Below, in pieces: positions 48,403 through 57,655 of a stretch of DNA of 64,000 nt. Below the pieces are notes generated by a model. The model worked only from the letters and a program-made list of their open reading frames with translations, was not told the origin of the DNA and ran no database searches. A program made the translations under genes and the position numbers. Source of the stretch: an uncultured Nitrososphaerota archaeon (GTDB lineage: Archaea; Thermoproteota; Nitrososphaeria; Nitrososphaerales; Nitrosopumilaceae); assembly GCA_963701075.1 (NCBI GenBank), contig OY969559.1, positions 896,001-960,000 on the forward strand, read 5' to 3'. Positions within the stretch are counted from its first letter, which is position 1. Every line of letters starts with the position of its first letter.

Positions 48403-48792
48403 ATGGGTGATGCGGATTCATGGTACAAACAAGGCAATGATCTGATGGTACAGGAAAAAAATGAAGATGCTATCTCTGCATACGACAAGGCAATTGAACT
48501 AGATCCCGCTCACACAAGCGCATGGAATAACAAAGGAATAGCAATGTTTAGACTAAAAAGATATGAAGATGCGATTAGTTGCTATGACAAAACAATTGAG
48601 TCTAATCCTAATCATGCTAATGCATGGTACAACAAGGCAAAGGCACTAAGGGGTCTGGGCCAATCTTATCTTGACAAAGCTAATGAGGATCGTGTGGCCG
48701 CTGCAAAATTGATCAACCAATCACTTGGCATATTTGATTCTGCAGACAAATGTTATGCCAAGGGAGAAGTTCTTTCAGGCGAAAAAAAATGA
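48403..48792 (+). CDS. Small TPR protein
   Basis: WYKQG..AISAYDKAIELDP..AWNNKG repeats; start MGDADS at 48403. Confidence 0.85.
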   Translation: MGDADSWYKQGNDLMVQEKNEDAISAYDKAIELDPAHTSAWNNKGIAMFRLKRYEDAISCYDKTIESNPNHANAWYNKAKALRGLGQSYLDKANEDRVAAAKLINQSLGIFDSADKCYAKGEVLSGEKK

Positions 48793-48801
48793 TTTGATAT
48801 T

Positions 48802-49116
48802 TTATTGTCCAACTGCTCTGAAAATAGCATCTCTTATTTCTGTTGATCTCTGAAAAAGTGTCTGTGCTATCTCGTCTATCTCGCCTCCGCTTGGTTTTTT
48901 GCCGGAATGAACTACAAAATAATATGTCTCAAACTTGCCAACTATGGAACCATGTGTGTATCCATAGACGTATTCTGACTCGTCTTTTATCTGAAAAATT
49001 CCGCTAAACTCTGGCAGGCGAAGGTTGGCAATAATACCTGGAATTTTGGCTATTTCTTCGTCTATCATTGTTTTAAGTACAGTTCTGTCTTTTTCTTTGA
49101 GTGCCACATTTGTCAA
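48802..49116 (-). CDS. Hypothetical protein
   Basis: 104-aa ORF with a TTG start. Confidence 0.6.
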   Translation of the reverse strand: MTNVALKEKDRTVLKTMIDEEIAKIPGIIANLRLPEFSGIFQIKDESEYVYGYTHGSIVGKFETYYFVVHSGKKPSGGEIDEIAQTLFQRSTEIRDAIFRAVGQ

Positions 49117-49235
49117 CTAGGTCAGCTCCATAAAAGCGATAACGTCGGGTACAATCATGCACATGCTGGTTGCAACCGATTGCTCTGGTATGCATCAACT
49201 TTTAAAAGACCATATACAAAATAAAAACAACCAAA

Positions 49236-49853
49236 ATGGAAGCTATAATTCTTGGATTCCTGAATTCCATATATCTACAGATCCCAGGTATGGGTCAAAG
49301 CCAACTTGGTAGTGCTAATCCATGGGTGAAAGGGCTTGTTCCGTCCGCATTTGGAATTATCGGTATCGCAATTATGCTAAACCTATTCAATGCAGCAATA
49401 AGGAAAAAAATGGTGGACCAAGACAAGCTAAAAAGATTGATGAGAGAGACAAGGTCGTGGCAGAAAGATAGAATGGCAGCATTCAGGGCAAAGGATCAAG
49501 AAAAGATTGACCAGATCAACAAAAAATCGGCATACATGAACAAGCTGAACATGGAAATCATGCAGCTAAACATGCGACCTATGGCTTTTACGTTTATTCC
49601 GTTCTTGCTTATCTTTTATTTCCTATTACCTCACATGTTCGCATATACCGTTGTCGAATCCCCCATCCCTCTCAATGTGTTTCCAGGCAACTTTTTCCAC
49701 CTTACATGTTCTGCTGATGATGTAAAAAATGAAGCCAAAAGCCACTGTGTACATGCAAACGACATGTATTTCTGGGGGTGGTATTTCCTCTCGTCTATCT
49801 CTATGAGTGGAATCATAATGCGGGTAACCAAGACAACCTCAAACCTTGACTGA
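49236..49853 (+). CDS. EMC3/TMCO1 (DUF106) Oxa1-superfamily membrane insertase
   Basis: TM, coiled coil (VDQDKL..), MRPM..T.IP and WGWYFLSS pattern. Confidence 0.85.
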   Translation: MEAIILGFLNSIYLQIPGMGQSQLGSANPWVKGLVPSAFGIIGIAIMLNLFNAAIRKKMVDQDKLKRLMRETRSWQKDRMAAFRAKDQEKIDQINKKSAYMNKLNMEIMQLNMRPMAFTFIPFLLIFYFLLPHMFAYTVVESPIPLNVFPGNFFHLTCSADDVKNEAKSHCVHANDMYFWGWYFLSSISMSGIIMRVTKTTSNLD

Positions 49854-49952
49854 TCGCAATTTTACTGCATGATCTTCAAAATCAGCTAATTTGTTGAATA
49901 CTAATAACAAAAGCTGATGAATATCTATCACTTTGCAATTAAAGATAACGAT

Positions 49953-50090
49953 ATGAGTAAATTAAGATCTAATTTTGGTGAGACCTTCGCCAGAAGAATA
50001 TTGATTCCTCATTGGTTGGAGATAGCATCGGGTATATTTGTAGGACTGAGCTTGGTTTTTATCTTTGCAGCAAAAATACCAGTAAACTAG
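49953..50090 (+). CDS. 45-aa single-TM microprotein
   Basis: MSKLRSNFGETFARRILIPHWLEIASGIFVGLSLVFIFAAKIPVN*. Confidence 0.45.
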   Translation: MSKLRSNFGETFARRILIPHWLEIASGIFVGLSLVFIFAAKIPVN

Positions 50091-50174
50091 AACTGTTCCG
50101 TCTTTACATCTTAGATGACATCTAAGAGATCTACAAGGAATCCATTAAATGTCAGAGTCTGTAACTCTTGATCA

Positions 50175-50690
50175 TTGAGCCAGAGCGCGTTAAAAGACAA
50201 GATAAAAAGATGGCTAGAGACCGAAGATTTTGCAGTATCTGAGAGGGCTGAAGAAGCCTCTGACTTTCATCTTGTTATTTCTAATCTTCATGGTAAGGGG
50301 ACATTTGCAGACATTGTCAAGCTAAAAAACAAAGATTTCGTCATATTGGGAAGCGCGTTGCAGAACCCTAAGGAATTTTTGCAACTACTCTCTACAATGC
50401 CCGAAAAGGAGAGATCTGATTTTTTTAATCATATTCAAAGAGAGTTGCTAAAGTTTAAGGTTGACCATGAGTTCCACCCAAACAAACTCATGCCAGAACG
50501 CATGATAGTTCGAGATACTGTATACGAAGAGGATATCACAAGGACTGCATTTATGCAATGTCTGAAGAGGGTAAAATTTGCCTCCTTATTTTTACTGTGG
50601 TCAATTGGGCACAAGTTCTCACCTGACTCAATGCAGTCTTCTACACCTCATCCGTCATCGACATCAAGCTCTAGAACGCCTTACGGCTGA
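50175..50690 (+). CDS. Conserved archaeal hypothetical protein (DUF2299-like)
   Basis: IKRWL..E.F..FH...ER..F...QRELL..VYEEDITRTAF pattern. Confidence 0.65.
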   Translation: MSQSALKDKIKRWLETEDFAVSERAEEASDFHLVISNLHGKGTFADIVKLKNKDFVILGSALQNPKEFLQLLSTMPEKERSDFFNHIQRELLKFKVDHEFHPNKLMPERMIVRDTVYEEDITRTAFMQCLKRVKFASLFLLWSIGHKFSPDSMQSSTPHPSSTSSSRTPYG

Positions 50691-50697
50691 TCAGGGT

Positions 50698-50994
50698 TTA
50701 TTTTTCATCGATTCCACAAGTATATTCGCCGTATTTTCCTTCAAGACCTGCTGCCCTAGTAATGTCCGAGGCTGATGAAGGATCATTTTGAATTGTTAGA
50801 CGGCAACCAAAATCTGTCTCAGGATAACCCTTGTTAAGTTTGTCAGTCAGGGAAACAGCGGCATTAACAGACGAGCTTGTTGGATGAGGTTTGTCAAAAA
50901 AGGAATGCCCAATGGTCTCTGGTACCACTATGAGAAGAACAATGCATACTGCGAACATATTAATTGATTTTCTTCGCTTTGAGTCCAAATCCAT
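50698..50994 (-). CDS. Membrane-anchored protein, paralog of 55683-55961
   Basis: N-terminal TM; SSVNAAVSLTDK..C.L...ND..RAAG..G.Y..Y.C. Confidence 0.7.
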   Translation of the reverse strand: MDLDSKRRKSINMFAVCIVLLIVVPETIGHSFFDKPHPTSSSVNAAVSLTDKLNKGYPETDFGCRLTIQNDPSSASDITRAAGLEGKYGEYTCGIDEK

Positions 50995-51056
50995 ACATTG
51001 AAAATTATTTATCATATATTAACTAAAATTATGATTTTCAATTCTTGATACAATAT

Positions 51057-51395
51057 TCACTCTTCACTTGTTTGTCTCTTGATACACTCCTCGTATCTCT
51101 GGCAAGTTTCGCGGTATGATTCTTCTGCAGCCATCACTGCTGCATCTATCTGAACCTTGCTTTCTGCTGCATCATGGAGCTCAAAAAATCCCTTTTCAGC
51201 ATTGTCTTCTAGCACATTTACTATCTCGCTTGCACTGGCAGTAGCTAGTCTTACCAGTCCTGATGCAATCATGTGGTTTTGTGCGCTTGCAAGAGCATTT
51301 GAGAATGCAAAATCGGCATTTTCTTGTTGGTAATATAGCTCGTGAAGTCTCTCGGTAGATTTGACTAAGGCATTGTATTCATCCTCGCAGTACAT
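51057..51395 (-). CDS. Hypothetical helical protein
   Basis: 112-aa Ala/Glu-rich ORF. Confidence 0.55.
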   Translation of the reverse strand: MYCEDEYNALVKSTERLHELYYQQENADFAFSNALASAQNHMIASGLVRLATASASEIVNVLEDNAEKGFFELHDAAESKVQIDAAVMAAEESYRETCQRYEECIKRQTSEE

Positions 51396-51687
51396 GCTGA
51401 ACCAATACCAATAAACCGGCTCTTATCTTTTTGATTCTATAATGCTATGGGCTTCATGGTAGCAGGAAGGATATGCCAAATTTGCTTTTTTTGACTTGAT
51501 GGGTACTGATTTATCAATTTTGTTGTTTAAATAGAAAATTTGTAAGACATGTATGAAATGCCATACGAAGAAATCTACTTTCAAAGGCTAAAGGAAGAAG
51601 ACCCTGAAGAATACGTCAACATAACAAATCAATAAATGTAAAGGAGAAATCCAACGTGGGCGGTTCCATATTTTTACACTTCTTTTG

Positions 51688-52750
51688 CTAGATCTTGCTT
51701 AACGTAATTCTTGTAAAAATTACTAGGGATAAAATGGATGCTGTCAGGGCAAGCAAAGTTGTCGCGCCAAATTCTGGTACAGTACTCTTTGCCATGTTTT
51801 CAGTAGAGTTTGAAATTGAAAATTTTTGTATGCTTGGATGATCATACGACGCATCTGAGACATACACATCTCCAGCAGAATCAACCGCAATACCTGACGG
51901 GGCCCCAAACTGTCCATTGCCTGTACCAAAAGATCCAAATTTTGTAATAAACTGACCAGTACTTGTAAATTTCTCTACCCTGTAGTTTCCAGTATCTGCC
52001 ACATACACATCACCAACCGAATCAACAGCTATGCCCTGGGGTGAATTGAACTGTCCATTGTCTGTACCAGTAGAGCCCCATTTGTCGATAAACTGACCAT
52101 CACTTGTAAATTCCTCAATGCGGTCATTGCTTGTATCTGCCACATACACGTTTCCGGCACTGTCAATTGCTATACCCGTTGGAGAATCAAATTGACCACT
52201 ATCATTTCCAAGTGAGCCCCACTTTGCCATGGCCTGACCGTCATTTGAAAATTTTGCTACCACATTTTTTGTCGGATCAGAAAAATAAATATTGCCAGAA
52301 GGATCTATTGCTATGCGAGCTGGATAATACTGTGTAAGATTAAACTGTTGAATGTAATTGCCAGAGCCGTCAAACTCTTCGATCCTGTTATTTGATTGGT
52401 CTGCCACATACACATTTCCCTGACTGTCAATAGCTATGCTTGTGGGCAAGCTGAACTGACCGCTCCCACTCCCATATGTTCCCCACTTTGCAAGGAATTT
52501 GCCATCATTTGAAAACTTTTCAATTCGATTATTGTTAGTGTCTGTAACATACACATTTCCTGTAGAATCAAGAGTCTATGCTTGCAGGCACGTTTAACAT
52601 GCCATCATAATTTCCAAGCGATCCCCACTCTGTCACAAACGAGTACGTTTCATCTGCAAACGCTAGCGGAAAACTGGCAGAACCTGCATACCATAACACT
52701 ATGGCAAAAATACACGAGAATGTGATTATTGCCACTTTCTTGAACTCCAT
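51688..52750 (-). CDS. Secreted NHL-repeat beta-propeller with a PEFG-CTERM anchor (one extra base at ~52575)
   Basis: Six GQF..P.GIA.DS.GNVYVAD..N.RI repeats and VPEFG+TM. The signal-peptide ORF joins in frame after removing one base at AG[T]CT 52573-52577. Confidence 0.88.
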
Positions 52751-52821
52751 TTTTTCCAAGTTCTGTCTTTTCACTTCCTTATTTAAGATCACCGAGTGAT
52801 CTCAAACATAATTTTGCAGAA

Positions 52822-53310
52822 CTATGGAGTTTTAGTTATTTTACACTGACCTGAGATCCCTTTTATTGCCAGATAGTATGCATAAACCAAAATTGCAATT
52901 GAAACCAGTCTCAGCGGTATCTCATATTGTGTAAGAAACGCGGTGGTGGTATCACCAACTGCTCCAAATGTGGAAGCCATCATAAATCCTATCGAGCCAC
53001 AACTGCATGCCCCGGCACTAGCTCCAATCACAGTTCCAAAAAAACCACTTCCTGATTTTTTCACGCTCTCGCCTAACAAACGAATTCGGTATATGCCAAG
53101 ACTAGTAACAAGACCTGAGAGAGATGCGACTGCAACTATAAGAATAAAGTTTAAAATTTCGCTTTCTGGTACATATAACAAAAATTTTGGCTCAAAGAAA
53201 AGGAACTGTGACATATATGACAAGAAAAGAAACAATCCAACAAAAATACCAATTGCCAGTGTGAGATAGGTACCATTTGAAAAAACTAATCTTAATGCCT
53301 GCTTTTGCAT
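52822..53310 (-). CDS. Membrane protein with an intramembrane CxC motif
   Basis: Four TM helices; GACSCG motif resembling metal-binding transporter helices. Confidence 0.7.
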   Translation of the reverse strand: MQKQALRLVFSNGTYLTLAIGIFVGLFLFLSYMSQFLFFEPKFLLYVPESEILNFILIVAVASLSGLVTSLGIYRIRLLGESVKKSGSGFFGTVIGASAGACSCGSIGFMMASTFGAVGDTTTAFLTQYEIPLRLVSIAILVYAYYLAIKGISGQCKITKTP

Positions 53311-53478
53311 TAAAGTATAATATATTGAGAATTATTTAATCCAACCCATCAAAGTTAATTCATGCAAATTATGATGGGAGTTCTGAGAAATATCTGCCAA
53401 ATCTTAATTCCTTGATCGTAGTGGTTGTAAATGGGTTAAAATATAGACCATCGTTATAGCGACTAGAGAACCCGTAAG

Positions 53479-54066
53479 ATGGCCAAAAAAATAAACAAAG
53501 ACGGAGGCAAAAAGATACCTGACAACAAGGGATCAAAGAACAAGAACAAACTAATTGCAATAGGAATTATTGCTGCAATAGGTGCAGGTGTAGCATATTA
53601 TCTTCACGAGTCAGACAATACTGTCGACACTAACTATGCGGCAATTGACGGAATTCCTTGTGAGACGCAAGAGTACACCACTTTTCATATACATGCACAT
53701 CTTGACGTCTTTGTTAGCGGACAACACGTTACGGTGCCTCAATATATTGGAATAATGAGTAACGAAGATCCAAATAACCCGCAGTTTGTCTGTCTATACT
53801 GGCTTCATACTCATGACAATACTGGCATAATGCACATCGAGTCTCCACAGCAAACAAACTTTACCTTGGTTCAATTTCTTGATATATGGAAAAAGACAAG
53901 CACAGGTGCGCCTCCAGATGGAGAACCCATAATCTTTGTAAACGGACAAGAGGTATCTACAAATCTAGAAAACACAACACTCAATGCGCATGACGAAATA
54001 GCAATCGTATACGGCACTACACCGCCTAACATACCATCATTCTATCAATTTCCAGAAGGCCTCTGA
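53479..54066 (+). CDS. Membrane-anchored His-motif protein
   Basis: N-terminal TM; HIHAHL, LHTHD.TG.MHIE motifs and a Cys pair. Confidence 0.75.
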   Translation: MAKKINKDGGKKIPDNKGSKNKNKLIAIGIIAAIGAGVAYYLHESDNTVDTNYAAIDGIPCETQEYTTFHIHAHLDVFVSGQHVTVPQYIGIMSNEDPNNPQFVCLYWLHTHDNTGIMHIESPQQTNFTLVQFLDIWKKTSTGAPPDGEPIIFVNGQEVSTNLENTTLNAHDEIAIVYGTTPPNIPSFYQFPEGL

Positions 54067-54438
54067 TTTTTAGTTTTATAAAATGGGACTTTAGGAAATC
54101 CTCTCCACTCTATCAAAATAAATTAAATTCAATTTGGGCTTGGTTGAAGAAAATCAAACCTGTTAGATGTTTTTTAATTTTTTCTTGCTTTATCTTTTAG
54201 CCAGTTTTTCAAACCCACATCTGGTACATACAAATTTTTTTCCTATGTCAAAAAGAATTCCGCTACATTTTGAACATTTTTTCATTTTATATCGTTTAAA
54301 CAACCAAAATAAAAAGTATAGAGTCAGATACAGAATTTAGTGCCTAAACCCCTGTCCGTGTTGATTTATCGATGATGGATTAAGACAAAAATAAATACAC
54401 TTTGCATGTAAAAATTCAAACTTTTGTTTTAATAAAAA

Positions 54439-55377
54439 TTATGATGCTTTTCTTATTTTTTTCTGCTTTTGTTTCTTCTTGTTCTTGTAATGCCATAAAA
54501 ATATCATAAAACCTATTACACTTGATGCAATGGTTCCAACCCCAACAACGGGAGCAATGAAGAATTGTCCTATCCAAATACCATTTGCGTCTCCGATCTC
54601 AAGCATACCTCTTTGTCTGGCAAAGACGCTAAACGAGTTATCTATGGTGTATGTTTTTCCCCCCTCATCAGAGTATGTTCCATTTACGTGAATAGTTGCC
54701 TGGGTGGGATCGCCCAATTCCTTTTGTGTCTGTACTACAAATTCAAAGTCAGTGGATTTTCCAGCGTCTAGATCAGTGATATCAAGTGATTTTTGTCCCG
54801 CAAGCTGTACCTCTGAGGAGAATACAGAAAGTTCTATGTTGTGGGCATTGGCGCCCTGATTTGTTATTGCACCCTTGATAGAAAAAGGCTCTCCGGCAAA
54901 TACATCGCTTGGAGCTTGAAGGTCAAGTGCTAGAAAAGGCTTTGATGCAGCAAAGAACTGGGTTGTCTGAGTGACAATATGTTTCACAGGTTGAGGATCA
55001 AAGAAACCCTTGACGAAATAATCAACTTCCACATTTGCAACAAAATTCCCATCAGGTACGCCATCCTTTACCGTGACGTTAAAATTATTTCCAAAGGTGG
55101 AATCCTCTGCTAGTTTGTCAAGATGAAAGCTATTTTGTTGGATTTGAAGTTCGGGGCAGGTTATTGTAACTGTGATATTTGATATCTGATCAGCCATGGC
55201 CTTTACTATGGAAGATAATACAAACTCTTTTCCCTGCATCACTATGTCTGGGTAGTTTAGACTCACTTGGAGATTTGAATCAGTTATGTTATTTTGAACA
55301 GCATATGTTGGAATAAATAGAATAGACAAAAAAATAATTAAAAAACAATAGTTTGAAGACTTGTGTGATATTACCAC
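54439..55377 (-). CDS. Cell-surface Ig-like/CARDB-type protein with a C-terminal TM
   Basis: Signal peptide, two beta-rich domains (GEPFSI..ITNQGANA), C-terminal TM and Lys tail. Confidence 0.7.
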   Translation of the reverse strand: MVISHKSSNYCFLIIFLSILFIPTYAVQNNITDSNLQVSLNYPDIVMQGKEFVLSSIVKAMADQISNITVTITCPELQIQQNSFHLDKLAEDSTFGNNFNVTVKDGVPDGNFVANVEVDYFVKGFFDPQPVKHIVTQTTQFFAASKPFLALDLQAPSDVFAGEPFSIKGAITNQGANAHNIELSVFSSEVQLAGQKSLDITDLDAGKSTDFEFVVQTQKELGDPTQATIHVNGTYSDEGGKTYTIDNSFSVFARQRGMLEIGDANGIWIGQFFIAPVVGVGTIASSVIGFMIFLWHYKNKKKQKQKKIRKAS

Positions 55378-55516
55378 CCTTTTGATATTGATTGTACCGT
55401 GTATTCAAAATTCCTATTTGTGACTAGTTTGATAAATCAAAAAGCGAGATTATCCCTGTATTGCATCCATTTCCTATTTTTTCATACTTTATCTACTTGT
55501 ATCGTTTTAGAAGATC

Positions 55517-55648
55517 ATGAAAGCAAAGTTCAAGACAACATGCTCTGAGTGCAAAGCTGAAATCAGTGTAGGTAATGAAATCTCAAAAACTCCATCCGGA
55601 AAATGGGTTCACAAACACTGTGCTCCAGAATCAGACGAATTGCCATGA
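55517..55648 (+). CDS. 43-aa zinc-finger microprotein
   Basis: MKAKFKTTCSECKAEISVGNEI..GKWVHKHC (CxxC..HxxC). Confidence 0.65.
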   Translation: MKAKFKTTCSECKAEISVGNEISKTPSGKWVHKHCAPESDELP

Positions 55649-55682
55649 GACTATAGTACGCCGATTTGGATCCCGGTAGTTC

Positions 55683-55961
55683 CTAGGTGCAGGAATATAC
55701 TGCATACTGTCCCTGGATTCCAGCTGCCCTACTTACATTTACAGCAGTTGTATCGTTTTTGAGAACCAAATGGCATCGCATATCGTCGTTCACATACATA
55801 CTATGTTGTTTATCAGTTAGTGAAAGAGCGGCATCAACAGAAGAAGTAGGTGAGTGTCTCTGCGTGTCAAAATAAAAATGAGCGACAAGTTCTGGCACCG
55901 CTATCATTAACACAACCAAGATGGCAAACACGTTTATCTGTTTTTTCTGTCTAGTATCCAA
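55683..55961 (-). CDS. Membrane-anchored protein, paralog of 50698-50994
   Basis: N-terminal TM; SSVDAALSLTDK..C.L...ND..RAAG..G.Y..Y.C. Confidence 0.7.
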   Translation of the reverse strand: MDTRQKKQINVFAILVVLMIAVPELVAHFYFDTQRHSPTSSVDAALSLTDKQHSMYVNDDMRCHLVLKNDTTAVNVSRAAGIQGQYAVYSCT

Positions 55962-56049
55962 TCGGTCTCTGATCTAAAATGAACATTATATTAAGATACA
56001 AGATGATTGCGCCTGTTTGTTAATTGTATAGAGAAAAAATTGGTCAATC

Positions 56050-56199
56050 CTACACGTGTAGGATTGCGGCCAGGATTCCTGCTCCGATCATTGCTCCAAG
56101 ACCCAAGAATACTAGGTCAAAAGCAATCACTTTCTTAAACGAGGAATGAACTTGCATTTCCCATACGCTGTGTTTTTTTGATTCAAGTGTATTTTTCAT
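56050..56199 (-). CDS. 49-aa single-TM microprotein (paralog of 34158-34307; not in the ORF track)
   Basis: MKNTLESKKHSVWEMQVHSSFKKVIAFDLVFLGLGAMIGAGILAAILHV*. Confidence 0.7.
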   Translation of the reverse strand: MKNTLESKKHSVWEMQVHSSFKKVIAFDLVFLGLGAMIGAGILAAILHV

Positions 56200-56416
56200 G
56201 CGTTACAATATGGGATACATTAGATAGACTGTAGTCAGCTAGATCTCTTATTTCTAAGCTAGAGTGTTGAAAACATCTCATATGTGCAGGATGGGCATCT
56301 TCATGAGCGTAGAATGCAATGCCTGTGGTTTTCAGAAAGCTTCCGTACACCGCCAAATACAAGAAATTTAGGGGTTCTTGCCCTAACTGTGGAACAGATT
56401 GGCCGAATTGTGATTA

Positions 56417-57007
56417 TTATTTTATTCTCTCAAACTCATTCCAAATCGAGTCTATCCTGTCTCTTAGTATCTTGACATCAATTTTTTCCATAAAATCCCT
56501 TTCAACTCTATATCCTATTGCTTCATTTGTACTATAAGATGGGTCTATGAGGCCGCCCTCAACATGTGGTATGGCACCTGATTTCCACTCTCTCATCTCA
56601 AACAACCATACTGGGTCACCCAAATTTGAAAAATCAATATCGTCATGACCTATGAATAACACATGACATTTGGGAAGATTCTCGTATATCTTTTCATAAG
56701 CAATCATTTGTGCCTTTGAGATGACCATTCTATCATCATGAAATATTTTGAGCTCAAAAATCATAAATCCCCCATGATGTTCAATCAACCAATCAACATC
56801 TGTTCCGCCTGATGTTTTCATACGCCTCGATATCAAATTTCCAAGAATTTCTCTTGTTTTTGCAAACAGGAGGGGATTTGCTATCTTGTGCTTTGGTTCA
56901 TCTAGTTCATCCTTGATATAATTTGTCCTCTGAGAGCTCGGTTCACTGGTCGTCTCTTTGGAATTACACATGATATCTGCAAGACCCGATCTGACATCAG
57001 AAACCAT
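56417..57007 (-). CDS. Hypothetical protein with a possible PD-(D/E)xK nuclease motif
   Basis: TDVDWLIE..IFELK..SKAQ pattern. Confidence 0.55.
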   Translation of the reverse strand: MVSDVRSGLADIMCNSKETTSEPSSQRTNYIKDELDEPKHKIANPLLFAKTREILGNLISRRMKTSGGTDVDWLIEHHGGFMIFELKIFHDDRMVISKAQMIAYEKIYENLPKCHVLFIGHDDIDFSNLGDPVWLFEMREWKSGAIPHVEGGLIDPSYSTNEAIGYRVERDFMEKIDVKILRDRIDSIWNEFERIK

Positions 57008-57194
57008 ATTGGAAATTAAATCCGTCTACCTTATAGATCCACGAAATCAATTTTTGGAAACAAACAGCTGGTAATCAGCATACTTGAGAAAATGAAGGCA
57101 TGTGTTTTGCCTTGATCTCTACACATATTCTAAAAATTTAATGTAGTGCAGTGTATACTTACCAAGATTTATGCTAAATTGACCTAGGATACAC

Positions 57195-57653
57195 GTGGTC
57201 GAAATTAAGGTAAGGTTGCAGATTAACACATCACAAGAAAGAGTATGGGGTATAATATCTAACATTGATAACGACTCATATTTTTGGCGAGGAATTACAT
57301 CTGTCAAAAACATCTCCAGAGATGGAAATGTAATCACTCGTGAAATAGTATTGGGCACAACCAACAAATGCATTCAGAAGTTAGTTATTTATCCAAAAGA
57401 AGAAATTAGCATAAGATGGGTTAAAGGAGTAATAACGGGAACAAAAGCAATCCTACTAACTCCAATAGGACACGCAACACTTCTTGAAGTTCAAATGAAT
57501 TATAAATTTTCAGGCGTAGGTAATCTCGCCTCTAAAAGATTAGCAACTCTTTTTCAAAATGAAGCCGAACTTGCAGTTGAACTGATAAAAGAAAAATCAG
57601 AATGGCATGAGCGTCACATTCCTATGAAGACAAAAAAATCCTGGGCGGTGTAA
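57195..57653 (+). CDS. SRPBCC/START-like (polyketide cyclase) protein
   Basis: I.....ERVW.IIS.ID....FW.G..SV pattern and a C-terminal helix. Confidence 0.7.
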   Translation: MVEIKVRLQINTSQERVWGIISNIDNDSYFWRGITSVKNISRDGNVITREIVLGTTNKCIQKLVIYPKEEISIRWVKGVITGTKAILLTPIGHATLLEVQMNYKFSGVGNLASKRLATLFQNEAELAVELIKEKSEWHERHIPMKTKKSWAV

Positions 57654-57655
57654 TT

